Of a DNA stretch of 64,000 nt, positions 1 to 9,109 are shown piece after piece. Origin of the DNA: an uncultured Bacteroidota bacterium (lineage in GTDB: Bacteria; Bacteroidota; Ignavibacteria; UBA10030; UBA6906); the NCBI GenBank assembly GCA_963700635.1, contig CAVOYH010000004.1, positions 480,001 through 544,000 of the forward strand, given 5' to 3'. The notes beneath the pieces are model-generated. The model was not told the origin of the DNA, did no database searches, and was given only the letters and a program-made list of their open reading frames with translations. Numbering within the stretch: position 1 is the first letter of the stretch; each line of letters opens with the position of its first letter. The position numbers and the translations under genes were made by a program.

Positions 1-334
1 TCTCCGATACCGGCTTCCCGGAGATCTTGCCGGCAAATGCCAGGCCTGACCCATCGGGGAGAACCAGATCGGCCTCCCGCAGAGCCTTGCGCAATGCATG
101 GCTCTCGCGCGCCACATGGATACTGTGCACATTCACGAAGAAGATTGTTCGCGGGAGACGGAATTCAGATTCGGTCAGGTAGTGTCGTATGATGGAAAGG
201 GCCGTTCCACTTGAGATATTATCAAAACAGACTCCGTCAACACAGAGCCGCTCGGTATCCGACAACGGTGCGGTCCGACGCTGATGTGCTCCCGGGGGCG
301 TTTGACCCGGGGCGACGAGGCGGGTCGGCGTCAT
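1..334 (-). CDS. WecB/TagA/CpsF family glycosyltransferase (5' part; runs off window start)
   Basis: Manual translation from ATG 334 (ATGA overlap with upstream stop): ...FFVNVHSIHVARESHALRKALREADLVLPDGSGLAFAGK..., the typical N/H...ADLxxPDG motif. Confidence 0.85.
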   Translation of the reverse strand, partial: MTPTRLVAPGQTPPGAHQRRTAPLSDTERLCVDGVCFDNISSGTALSIIRHYLTESEFRLPRTIFFVNVHSIHVARESHALRKALREADLVLPDGSGLAFAGKISGKPVSE

Positions 335-1911
335 CGGGAGCCACTCCCCGCCGGTGCTGATTCGCCCGTCCGGAGTTTCGTGGCGGCGTCCTGCTCAGTC
401 TTGAGTGTGGCCTCCAGTACGGAAAACAATCCCATCAACGCACCCATATATGTCATGGTCCGGTACCGTACAAGATGAAGATCAAAATATGCGGCGACGA
501 GTTGATTGATAACCGCGACAATAATCATGATACCCACAGCTTTTAAGTATGGGTTCTGCAGGTGTGAAACGATCATTGCTCCCCGGGCCCCGAAGATATT
601 GATGAACAGCCAGAACAGGAGGAATCCGACTCCTCCGACCTTGACGAGGAGCCAGAGGATATTGTTATGAGCCATGTAATCCCGGAGTGCATAGTTGATC
701 TTTACCAGCTCAAGCGGTTGGTAGTACTTCGTTCCGAATCCGATGCCGCCGACGGGGTAAAGGCGAACTGTGTAGGCAAGGTTGAAGTTCTCAATCTTGC
801 GGTAGAGGTTCGAGTAGTAGTTGCGGTCCCCGAGTGTTGCGTAGTCATCCACGAACCCGGACCGAATCTGATTGAGGGGAGCCGCAAGCGGGCTGGCACT
901 GCCCCAGAACACTGCTGCATAGATGCCTATGATGACGATCGCGGGCAGAGATCGTTTGATGACCTTTGTGAGTTTCTCCTTCGGCAGGAGGGCGGCAAAC
1001 GTGACAAGCGATGCGGCCAGGGACGCGAATGCGGCGCGTCGGTTGGCGGCATAGAATCCCAGAAGGAGTGGAACAAGCGCCCAGAACAGGGCGGTTCGTT
1101 GTACCGACCGTACGCCATTCGCCGCAAAAGCGAGCAGGAGAACCCACAGGGTGATAAAGAAAATGGGGTCTTCATGGGTAAGTAATGCGTCGTGCCCCCC
1201 CAGCGTGAATCCCAATCCGGCAAACCGGATTGTTCCTTCCAGAGCCTTGACGGTTATAGCGGCGATGACCACCCATACCACATTGCGCACCTGGTCAGGG
1301 GTGCGGATAATCTGTGCAAAAAAAGTATACACGATGAACAGGTAACCGAGCCCGCGGAGTTCCCAGAGGGCAGCAGTCATGTCCCCGCCGCGGCCTGACC
1401 CCGCGATAAAACCGAGCACAAGCCAGACGACAAATGCCAGAGCGAATGGCCAGGCCACCGGCCTGCGCAGGGGTGGCATGGTCCGGAACAGAAGTCCTGT
1501 TAACCACACGACAAACAGGAGGCCGAGATGGAGATCCATCGGGCTGAATGCAGCGACTTCAATGCGCGGGAGGTATGGAATGACATTGATGTTGTTGAAA
1601 TAGTTTGTCTTGTACGTCAGCGAGGTAAACTCGGGAACTTCAAACTGATCGATCAGAAGGACCGTTCCCAGGAAGATGTACAGCCCCCATTCAAGGCGGT
1701 AGAAGCTGAAAAAGACTACGCCAAGAAGGCAGACAAATCCGATTGCACCGATGGGGGTGTCACCTCCGAAAAGGATGAGACCTCCGATCAGTGTAGAGAC
1801 AACGATGGCGATAGCCAGTCCCGAAGCACGTGGAGATTGGCCGCGGTTCTTTGCTTCAAACCATGTCTCTTCAGAGGACAGTATATGGGTTCCCGAATCT
1901 GACATCATCAT
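331..1911 (-). CDS. O-antigen ligase / Wzy-like polysaccharide polymerase
   Basis: 526 aa, about 12 hydrophobic segments, RR before a large periplasmic loop, GGIGFG and AHNNILWL motifs. Confidence 0.8.
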   Translation of the reverse strand: MMMSDSGTHILSSEETWFEAKNRGQSPRASGLAIAIVVSTLIGGLILFGGDTPIGAIGFVCLLGVVFFSFYRLEWGLYIFLGTVLLIDQFEVPEFTSLTYKTNYFNNINVIPYLPRIEVAAFSPMDLHLGLLFVVWLTGLLFRTMPPLRRPVAWPFALAFVVWLVLGFIAGSGRGGDMTAALWELRGLGYLFIVYTFFAQIIRTPDQVRNVVWVVIAAITVKALEGTIRFAGLGFTLGGHDALLTHEDPIFFITLWVLLLAFAANGVRSVQRTALFWALVPLLLGFYAANRRAAFASLAASLVTFAALLPKEKLTKVIKRSLPAIVIIGIYAAVFWGSASPLAAPLNQIRSGFVDDYATLGDRNYYSNLYRKIENFNLAYTVRLYPVGGIGFGTKYYQPLELVKINYALRDYMAHNNILWLLVKVGGVGFLLFWLFINIFGARGAMIVSHLQNPYLKAVGIMIIVAVINQLVAAYFDLHLVRYRTMTYMGALMGLFSVLEATLKTEQDAATKLRTGESAPAGSGSR

Positions 1912-1933
1912 TCCGATCGCTGGTCCACCGGCA

Positions 1934-2116
1934 TCATGATCCGCCGCGCCCCGTGGGTGGCGCGTCCATGAGAAACATACTCACGATCACAATGAGGACT
2001 TCGATCAACACCGTGACGCCGATGACGAAGATTATTCCAGGGCCGATTCTTTGTGCATTCTTACCGAGCAGGACTGCCACGATGTAGCCGGCGAAGAGCG
2101 CTGCGAGAGAACTCAT
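1934..2116 (-). CDS. small two-TM membrane protein, hypothetical
   Basis: 60 aa, two hydrophobic helices, ATGA overlap with upstream gene, fills the operon gap. Confidence 0.5.
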   Translation of the reverse strand: MSSLAALFAGYIVAVLLGKNAQRIGPGIIFVIGVTVLIEVLIVIVSMFLMDAPPTGRGGS

Positions 2117-2961
2117 TCCGTCTTCCTTCGTGAAGCCCGCTTCCGCTCTGCTCCGTTGTACACAAATCCGAGTATCCTTCGCTCGTTGAGCAGCTGCAGG
2201 GCGTGGTCCAGATCCCCCTGCTTGGTCACTCCTCCGTGAACGACAAATAGCACACCATCCAGTTGGTTGGTGAAGAGGAGGGGAATGAGGTGTTCGCGAA
2301 CGGCCGGCATGTCAACGATCACGAAGCTGAAGACGCCTTTCAACGAGTAGAGCACATCCCGGAAGGCTGCGACCTGTTCGAGTTGAAGGGATGGTTCGAG
2401 ATTGTGATCTCCGTCGTCCATGACAGTGCTAAGGCCACCGGCAAGACGTCCGTTCGGAATGCCTGCGGTAAGAACGTAGAGGTCACTGATCGCCGTGCCA
2501 GCAACCTGGATAACGCCCCCGTCGCCGACCGCTTCCAGTAATCCCGGTCCGATGGACACATCAAACACCTCGTGGAGACGGGGTTTGTGTACATTCATGT
2601 CCACCAGGACCGTTTTACGCTGATAGGCGACGGTCAGCGAAATCGCCAGATTACTGGCCACAAGAGTTTTCCCCTCCCCTGCGTTGGCGCTGCTGACACC
2701 CACGGCAATGTTCATATCTTCGCCGCCGTTTGAGAGCAGGGCGTAATTGAAGGAGTCGTAGAATTGTGGCGAGACGATCTTCGCATCAACACGGCGTCCG
2801 GCATCGGGACGAAAGATCACAGGTCGGCGAAGGCGGATTAGTTCGGCGTGAGATTCCTTCGTGTCGCCTTGGTCTTCTCTATGGTGCGCGCGCATGCCAA
2901 TCGGATTCCGGGTTTCGTGCTTGGTTGTTTGGTCTAGTGAGATGGGGTCATTCATAATCAC
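2113..2961 (-). CDS. CpsD/CapB-type BY-kinase (stand-alone cytoplasmic domain)
   Basis: Walker A SANAGEGKT, A' VLVDMN, Walker B VIVDMP; next to Wzz-like gene. Confidence 0.85.
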   Translation of the reverse strand: MIMNDPISLDQTTKHETRNPIGMRAHHREDQGDTKESHAELIRLRRPVIFRPDAGRRVDAKIVSPQFYDSFNYALLSNGGEDMNIAVGVSSANAGEGKTLVASNLAISLTVAYQRKTVLVDMNVHKPRLHEVFDVSIGPGLLEAVGDGGVIQVAGTAISDLYVLTAGIPNGRLAGGLSTVMDDGDHNLEPSLQLEQVAAFRDVLYSLKGVFSFVIVDMPAVREHLIPLLFTNQLDGVLFVVHGGVTKQGDLDHALQLLNERRILGFVYNGAERKRASRRKTE

Positions 2962-4313
2962 GATCGATGGACTCCTTCGGGGATCAGGGCGATAATCGGC
3001 TTCTGATACACTTCAATCTCGCGCGGGGATCGGATTGTCGTATCAAGCAATTCCGCTGCGGCAGCCGCGAGGAGGCCGAGCATAAGTCCTGCAATCATAC
3101 CACCCGCAATGATAAGTGAACGTTTCGGTTTTGTGGGCTTGGTCGGCACACGCGCCGGGTCGATGATGATAAAGGCATTCTGGGCGTTCCTCCCGAGTTC
3201 TCTGGCAATCCGTGCCTGTTCGAGTTTTACACGCATGTCATTATAGAGCTGCTGGTAGAATGAATAGTTGGATTCTGTTTCCTTGTCGACCGTTTGTGAA
3301 ATAGAAGACGCGGTTATCACCTGCACCAGTTCGGCGCGTGATTTTTGTATATCCGACAGACGGGCCGTGAGGATGCTCATTTCTGATTGCAGGATGACAC
3401 GGGTGCGTTCCAGAAGGTCCAGAATGCGCGCTTCAAACCGTGTTACCTCTGGATGCTTTGGAGTGTATCGAACGGTAACACTGTCGTAACCGGCGGTCAG
3501 CGAACGCAGGTCTGCAGCATTGGCAATGTCAGCCGCCTCGAGCTGAGAAAGGGCTGCCCTGCCCCGTTCAGTCCGGAACGCCGCCGGGAACATGGCGATG
3601 TTCTGCAGTGCACGCTCCCTGTCCCGGATCCGTTCAGATGTTTCGCGCACCCGTTCGCTCATGATATCAAATCGTCCTGAAAATGACGTGGTTCCACCGG
3701 GCAATTCCTTGGATCTCTGCCGGAGCAGTGAGACCACGGAAGCCTGGGTTTCGCCGTACTTCTTTTCATATTCGTTCAGTTTGTTTTCAAAAAACTGGAC
3801 CGTATACTCATTCCGCTGAAACTCTGCGCGGAGCCGGGTCTGTATGAACATGTTGGCAAGCGTCGTTACCGCGCGCTGTGCGCGCACCGGGTCAGTGTCT
3901 GAAAAGAGCATGGTGAATGAATCCGATCCGCTTCGGTCGGTCCGGATGCTGGACTTTGTCCGGTCGATAAGCTCATCCCAGGCCGCCTGTGTTTCCACGC
4001 TGCCCCGCATTTCCAGGCTGTCCATAAGTGCCTCGATCGTCTGACGGCTGTACACAATTTCGTTAAAGGTCCGCAGCCTGTCTTCGGAAGCGAGCTGCAC
4101 GGCCATCGTGAAGCTGACGAGAGGGTTGAGAATCTCATCCCGCTGAACCCAGATCGTTGTGCTGGATTCATACCGGCGGGGGAGGAGGTACGCGCCGATG
4201 GTCGTGATAATGCTGACCAGAATAAAAGGAACAACAAGCCACACCTTGCGGCGGCGAAGCATTCCAAGCACCAGATGCATGCTAATTTGAGGGGATCGCA
4301 AGATTCTCTCCAT
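2958..4313 (-). CDS. Wzz/GumC-type polysaccharide co-polymerase (chain-length determinant)
   Basis: N-terminal TM then PxxYESS, coiled-coil periplasmic region with YTPKHP, IIDPA-P-P motif, C-terminal TM. Confidence 0.88.
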   Translation of the reverse strand: MERILRSPQISMHLVLGMLRRRKVWLVVPFILVSIITTIGAYLLPRRYESSTTIWVQRDEILNPLVSFTMAVQLASEDRLRTFNEIVYSRQTIEALMDSLEMRGSVETQAAWDELIDRTKSSIRTDRSGSDSFTMLFSDTDPVRAQRAVTTLANMFIQTRLRAEFQRNEYTVQFFENKLNEYEKKYGETQASVVSLLRQRSKELPGGTTSFSGRFDIMSERVRETSERIRDRERALQNIAMFPAAFRTERGRAALSQLEAADIANAADLRSLTAGYDSVTVRYTPKHPEVTRFEARILDLLERTRVILQSEMSILTARLSDIQKSRAELVQVITASSISQTVDKETESNYSFYQQLYNDMRVKLEQARIARELGRNAQNAFIIIDPARVPTKPTKPKRSLIIAGGMIAGLMLGLLAAAAAELLDTTIRSPREIEVYQKPIIALIPEGVHRS

Positions 4314-4340
4314 AGTGGTTACGATGATCGTTGACGATGG

Positions 4341-4356
4341 TGCAACGTGTGTGCCA
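4341..4356 (-). promoter_or_regulatory. sigma54 -24/-12 promoter for the leftward EPS arm
   Basis: Minus strand reads TGGCACACACGTTGCA, a near-perfect TGGCAC-N5-TTGC match, 28 nt upstream of the Wzz start. Confidence 0.85.
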
Positions 4357-4441
4357 AGATGCTCGTACTGTTGATTCCCGCACGCATCGCGTACAATGGA
4401 GGGTCGGGGCGAGAAGGATAGGCGAAACCCGGGCGGAATTT

Positions 4442-4489
4442 TGTGCCGGGAGGGTACAGCAAATTATCGGGGTGTATCCAGAAGAGACA
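4442..4489. promoter_or_regulatory. two TGT-N11-ACA candidate enhancer (UAS) sites
   Basis: TGTGCCGGGAGGGTACA (4442-4458) and TGTATCCAGAAGAGACA (4473-4489), 31 bp apart, between two sigma54 promoters. Confidence 0.5.
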
Positions 4490-4539
4490 CTCTTGCGCGC
4501 ACACGTTGTGAGAACGCCGGAAACACGGACATTCTGGAC

Positions 4540-4555
4540 AGGCACGGTTGTTGCA
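4540..4555 (+). promoter_or_regulatory. sigma54 -24/-12 promoter for the rightward EPS arm
   Basis: AGGCACGGTTGTTGCA with correct GG-N10-GC spacing, about 64 nt upstream of the Wza-like start. Confidence 0.8.
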
Positions 4556-4618
4556 AAGTCTTGTCCTGTCAAGAACGAGCCTCGTTCGGAACACACCGTT
4601 GTCTAATTACAGGAAGCC

Positions 4619-5326
4619 ATGAAGAGACACCACGTGCGCGGAATAATTCTCAGCAGTCTGGTTATGATCTTCTTCTGGGGATGTGGCAGCGACCAGTTGA
4701 TCACGAAGGATATTATGTCGTGGTCCGCCGAACGGAAGCGCCAGAATGAGGAATCGGAAGAATACGTTCTTCAACCGGGCGATCAGCTGGAAATTACGTT
4801 CGCGGGTTATCCGGAGTTTAATGTCTCGGAGGTCATCCGTGAAAATCAGCCGATCAAGATACCCCTGGTGGGTGAAATTACTGCGGAAGGGGTTACACGG
4901 GGACAACTTACGGAGCTGATTATCAAGCGGCTTTCCGGCTATGTGACTACCACGGTAGTCCCGACAATACGGATCAAGGGCGTTCTCGAGCAGAAAGTCA
5001 TTGTGCTGGGCTCGGTAACCGGACAGGGCACGTATACCGCAACTGCTCCGGTTTCACCCTTTCAAGCCCTCGCAATGGCTGGAGGGCCCTCTTCGAACGC
5101 CGACCTCCGGCATATCCGTGTGTTCCGGGGGGGAGATGCCGAGTCAACCATAGAAATTGATCTTTCGGCATCACTCTCCAGTTTGCCCGGCCGGAACGAG
5201 ACCCTGCCGCTCGTCTATCCAGGGGATCTTATTTATGTCCCGAAGGAAGAAAATGTGATCCGGGATTTTGCCGACCTCTTGCGTGACGTCATCGTCTTGT
5301 TCGGTATTTTCGCGATTATCCGATGA
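4619..5326 (+). CDS. polysaccharide export lipoprotein (Wza/Poly_export + SLBB)
   Basis: Lipobox-like FWGC, YVLQPGD, IPLVGEI, ALAMAGG, PGDLIYVP. Confidence 0.9.
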   Translation: MKRHHVRGIILSSLVMIFFWGCGSDQLITKDIMSWSAERKRQNEESEEYVLQPGDQLEITFAGYPEFNVSEVIRENQPIKIPLVGEITAEGVTRGQLTELIIKRLSGYVTTTVVPTIRIKGVLEQKVIVLGSVTGQGTYTATAPVSPFQALAMAGGPSSNADLRHIRVFRGGDAESTIEIDLSASLSSLPGRNETLPLVYPGDLIYVPKEENVIRDFADLLRDVIVLFGIFAIIR

Positions 5327-6252
5327 TCTCTTTGCGCCGACATATAGCATACATTATGGCCGCGGTGGGGGTCACGCTCTTCCTGTCAGCTGCTGCGCAG
5401 TCCCAGGCGCCATTCTACTACACCGTCCGTCCGCAAGGGCATGGGATGCGGGCTGCTGCACTGGCAGACGCATCGAGCGCTGACGCATCGAATGTGACCG
5501 GAATGTTCTGGAATCCGGCGAGCCTGTCGTTCCTGGGGAGCGGGGGCATCATCGGGACACACACACTGGATGTCAAAACCCGGCTGCAATCAGAATATCT
5601 TGCTGGCGTTGTACAGGTGGGACGTGGTCTTACCGTTGCCGCATCCGGAGTCTACGCACATGCCGGAAAACTGGAGCCCGAGGGGGGGCCCGTGGTCTCC
5701 CTGAAAGTATACGGTGCCGATCTCGCAGGGTCATATGCCATCCTCCCGACGCTGAGTGTCGGTGGACTGTTTGGAGCACGGAAGGCGGCCTTCGATGGTG
5801 AGTCCCGGACTATGGGTTGGGGGCAGATAGGGATGTTCTATTTTCCGTCACCGGGAATTTCCTATGGCATGGCGTACCGGGTAATCCGGGGATACACGTA
5901 TTGGTACGCGAATAATCAGAGCGGCGTGGAGCCGGAGCCCGATCTCATCCAGAACCTGGAAATCGGCGCCACAATGTCGTATCCCGCCCGTGCCGAACGG
6001 CCAATCGTGACACTTTCCTTAACGACAGAAAAAAGTTTTCCCGGGGTTTCCCTGTTCAGCACCAAGGGGGGGCTGGAAGTGCTGCCGACTCAGTTTCTCT
6101 CACTCCGCCTGGGGTTCAAGGTTGGAACTCTGGAGCGGGTTGCGCGGTATGGGTTCGGACTTCACTTCGGGAGGGTGCATGTAGATTTTGCGTCTGGTCC
6201 CAGCCGCGCAGAGAACCGTTTTTCGGGGGTATCACTGATGGTGAACTTATGA
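5323..6252 (+). CDS. PorV/FadL-like outer-membrane beta-barrel protein
   Basis: Signal peptide, RAAALADA...FWNPASL N-terminal motif, alternating beta-strand pattern, LRLG near C-terminus. Confidence 0.65.
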   Translation: MISLRRHIAYIMAAVGVTLFLSAAAQSQAPFYYTVRPQGHGMRAAALADASSADASNVTGMFWNPASLSFLGSGGIIGTHTLDVKTRLQSEYLAGVVQVGRGLTVAASGVYAHAGKLEPEGGPVVSLKVYGADLAGSYAILPTLSVGGLFGARKAAFDGESRTMGWGQIGMFYFPSPGISYGMAYRVIRGYTYWYANNQSGVEPEPDLIQNLEIGATMSYPARAERPIVTLSLTTEKSFPGVSLFSTKGGLEVLPTQFLSLRLGFKVGTLERVARYGFGLHFGRVHVDFASGPSRAENRFSGVSLMVNL

Positions 6253-7121
6253 CAGGCCTTGCCGAACGAAAACCGACAGACGACCGGTCATCCAACGATA
6301 GGGATGCGCTGCCATTGAGCTTTGCAGAAAAACACCCCAAACATGCCGTAGGATTTGCATTCGAATCCTCGACCAATCCTGTCATGCAGGACGCCCTCAC
6401 CACGATCAAGCGGATCGCCGCGAGCCACGTAAACGTGTTGATTACCGGGGAACACGGAACAGGGAAGGAGTGGAGTGCAAATATCATACATTCCACCAGT
6501 CCCCGCTCAGCCGGACGGTTGATAACGGTCGAGTGTGCCGCATTACCTGCGGAGCGTCTGGAGCGCGAGCTCTTCGGGCATGAAGCGATCACGTGGAAGG
6601 ATGTTGATATCAGTCCCGGTGCTTTTGAGAGGTCCAGTGATGGGACGCTCGTGTTGAACGAAATCGGACTTGTCCCCCCCACATTACTCATGCGTATTGC
6701 CAGGGCCGCAGAGTATCAGAGTGTGCGCAGGATCGCAGGAGAAATCGACATTGCCGTGAACGTGCGGCTCATTGCCACCATGAGTGTTCCGTCCCACTCC
6801 AATCCGTCCAGAGAGGGGTTGCCCGAAGAGGTACTTCATCGCCTGAGTCCCATACAGGTAGAACTGCTCCCTTTGCGGAAACGGCGTGAAGACATACCAT
6901 TGCTGGTCGGGGGTTTCCTTGCGGAAATACAACACAGGATGGGGTCGGCCTCCCTTCGTATCTCCGATGCGGCGCTGGAGACATGTCTGCAATTCGACTG
7001 GCCTGGGAACTTGCGCCACTTGAGAAACGCTATTGAATATGCATCAGTCATGAGTCAGAACGACACGATTCTCCCGGAGCACCTTCCGGCATACCTCTCC
7101 GGCACGGGCAGGAGGGGATGA
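6249..7121 (+). CDS. sigma54-activator AAA+ domain protein, degenerate (no receiver, no HTH)
   Basis: GEHGTGKE, ELFGHE, WPGNLRHL; GAFTGA absent; Walker B reads LNEI. Confidence 0.85.
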   Translation: MTGLAERKPTDDRSSNDRDALPLSFAEKHPKHAVGFAFESSTNPVMQDALTTIKRIAASHVNVLITGEHGTGKEWSANIIHSTSPRSAGRLITVECAALPAERLERELFGHEAITWKDVDISPGAFERSSDGTLVLNEIGLVPPTLLMRIARAAEYQSVRRIAGEIDIAVNVRLIATMSVPSHSNPSREGLPEEVLHRLSPIQVELLPLRKRREDIPLLVGGFLAEIQHRMGSASLRISDAALETCLQFDWPGNLRHLRNAIEYASVMSQNDTILPEHLPAYLSGTGRRG

Positions 7122-9082
7122 TCGGTATGACCACACTGCTCCATCTGGCGATCGCCTTTATTGCTCCGCTCCTGCTCACGCTGGTCCTGACACCACTTGT
7201 GATCAAGCTGGCGCATGCTGTCGGTGCAATCGACCGCCCCAATGCGCGCAAGGCACATACGGTGGCCACCCCGCGCCTCGGCGGCCTTGCCGTTAGCGTG
7301 GCATTCGCGACTTCACTCGTACTGTTGCTGGCATTTGATACCGTTCTGCCGTTTCCGGTGTGGATAACAGGGTCACGCGGTATCATGCTGGGCATCGCGA
7401 TGATTATGGTGGTGCTCCTGGGAGTCTGGGATGATCTCCGGGATATTCGCCCTTCACAGAAATTCCTCGTGCAGATACTTCTCGCGAGTCTCGTGTATGT
7501 TGCCGGATTCCACGTCTCGGGCATCACGGATCCCTTCGGCGAGGGGAAGATCAATCTCGGCGCCCTGGACTACTTCGTAACGGTGTTCTGGATCGTCGGG
7601 GTTACGAACGCCATCAATCTGGTGGACGGACTCGACGGGCTTGCCGCAGGTGTTGCGGGGATTGCCCTCCTGACGATGTTTCCGATCGCGCTGTTGCAGA
7701 ACGATGCAGGCACTGCGATCATTGCACTGGTTCTTGCAGGAGCCGTCTTCGGTTTCCTGCGGTACAATTTTTATCCCGCCCGGGTATTCCTCGGTGATTC
7801 GGGCAGCCTGTTTCTGGGATTTATGCTCGCCGTCCTTTCGTTGCAGAGTTCCACAAAAAGCACCACGGCTTTCGCCATCCTGATTCCCCTGGTTGCGCTG
7901 GGCCTTCCGATTATGGATACACTTCTTTCCATGGTCCGTCGGCTCCTGCGTTCATTCATGCATCATGGACCCCGCAGGGAAGGACAAAAGGGCCGGTGGG
8001 GCGCAATGTTCATTCCCGACCGCGAACATATCCATCATCAGCTGCTCGCGCGGGGATTGTCGCAGCGGCGTGTCGTGCTCCTCCTGTATCTGGTTTCATG
8101 TTCCCTCGGGATCGGCGCGTTTGCCATCACGATTGCGAACAACGCAGAAGCGTCTCTCATTCTTGTCGTGGTGGGAATCGCTCTCGTGTTGGGAGTCCGG
8201 CAACTCCGATACCGGGAAATCGCCGTACTTCAGAATGGGGTCTTCCTTCCCCTTTTTGATCTGCGCCTGCTGAACAGGAATGTGTTCCAGGTGTTTCTGG
8301 ATATCGTCTTTATTATCGCATCCTATGGCGTTGCGCACCTGATCCACGACGGAGTGAACCATGCGCACGACATCCAGCGAGACTTTGTCGTGACCGTTGC
8401 CCTGGTGAGTCTCATCCAGTTTCTTGTCTTCTGGCTTCGTGGAACGTACCGGTTCACCATGCGGCAATTCGGACTCGGGGACGCACTGGCCATCACCAAG
8501 ACCACATTTCTTGCTGTTACATTGTGCGGTTTGGGGCTCGCGCTTTTGTCATCGGCGGTGCCGCACGTCGACCTAACAACGTTGATGCTCGATTTCTATT
8601 TGTTGCTCACCTGTACCATAGGGTCCCGCTTTTCGTTCCGCGTGCTGCACCATATCTTCAAGAAGAACAGGAGCGGAAAAAGAAACGTCCTTATTTACGG
8701 GGCCGATCGTGATGGCGTGTTCGCACTCCAAAGGCTTCTGGATTCAGAGGGAGCAATCCTTGCGCCCGCGGGCTTTCTGGACGATCGCCCGAGCCTGGAG
8801 GGGAAACATGTGAACGGCTATCCGGTATTCGGCGGACACTGGATGCTGGAGCGGCTGGTCTATAGCAAGAGCATCCAAGAGGTGCTCATTTCGAGTGACG
8901 ATATCAAGCCGGAGGTCCAGCGAAGACTTATGAAGAAAGCCCGTGCACTTGGACTGACGGTGCGACGGCTGAATATAGGATTTGATGAAGTGTTCTCACC
9001 GGCCGGTGGCGTCGTGTATGCAGGTATGCCGTCGCTCGTTGATCCAAAGGTAGTTAACAGCAGGATTGATCTCCGGCAATAA
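7118..9082 (+). CDS. MraY/WecA-like polyprenyl-phosphate sugar-1-phosphate transferase fused to a 4-TM + Rossmann (CoA-binding-like) domain
   Basis: PRLGG, WDD, NAINLVDGLDGL, FLGDSG, HIHH; C-terminal VLIYGA...GFLDD...GYPVFG. Confidence 0.85.
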   Translation: MIGMTTLLHLAIAFIAPLLLTLVLTPLVIKLAHAVGAIDRPNARKAHTVATPRLGGLAVSVAFATSLVLLLAFDTVLPFPVWITGSRGIMLGIAMIMVVLLGVWDDLRDIRPSQKFLVQILLASLVYVAGFHVSGITDPFGEGKINLGALDYFVTVFWIVGVTNAINLVDGLDGLAAGVAGIALLTMFPIALLQNDAGTAIIALVLAGAVFGFLRYNFYPARVFLGDSGSLFLGFMLAVLSLQSSTKSTTAFAILIPLVALGLPIMDTLLSMVRRLLRSFMHHGPRREGQKGRWGAMFIPDREHIHHQLLARGLSQRRVVLLLYLVSCSLGIGAFAITIANNAEASLILVVVGIALVLGVRQLRYREIAVLQNGVFLPLFDLRLLNRNVFQVFLDIVFIIASYGVAHLIHDGVNHAHDIQRDFVVTVALVSLIQFLVFWLRGTYRFTMRQFGLGDALAITKTTFLAVTLCGLGLALLSSAVPHVDLTTLMLDFYLLLTCTIGSRFSFRVLHHIFKKNRSGKRNVLIYGADRDGVFALQRLLDSEGAILAPAGFLDDRPSLEGKHVNGYPVFGGHWMLERLVYSKSIQEVLISSDDIKPEVQRRLMKKARALGLTVRRLNIGFDEVFSPAGGVVYAGMPSLVDPKVVNSRIDLRQ

Positions 9083-9109
9083 TGTTCGACCACAAGCGAT
9101 AGGATCCTC

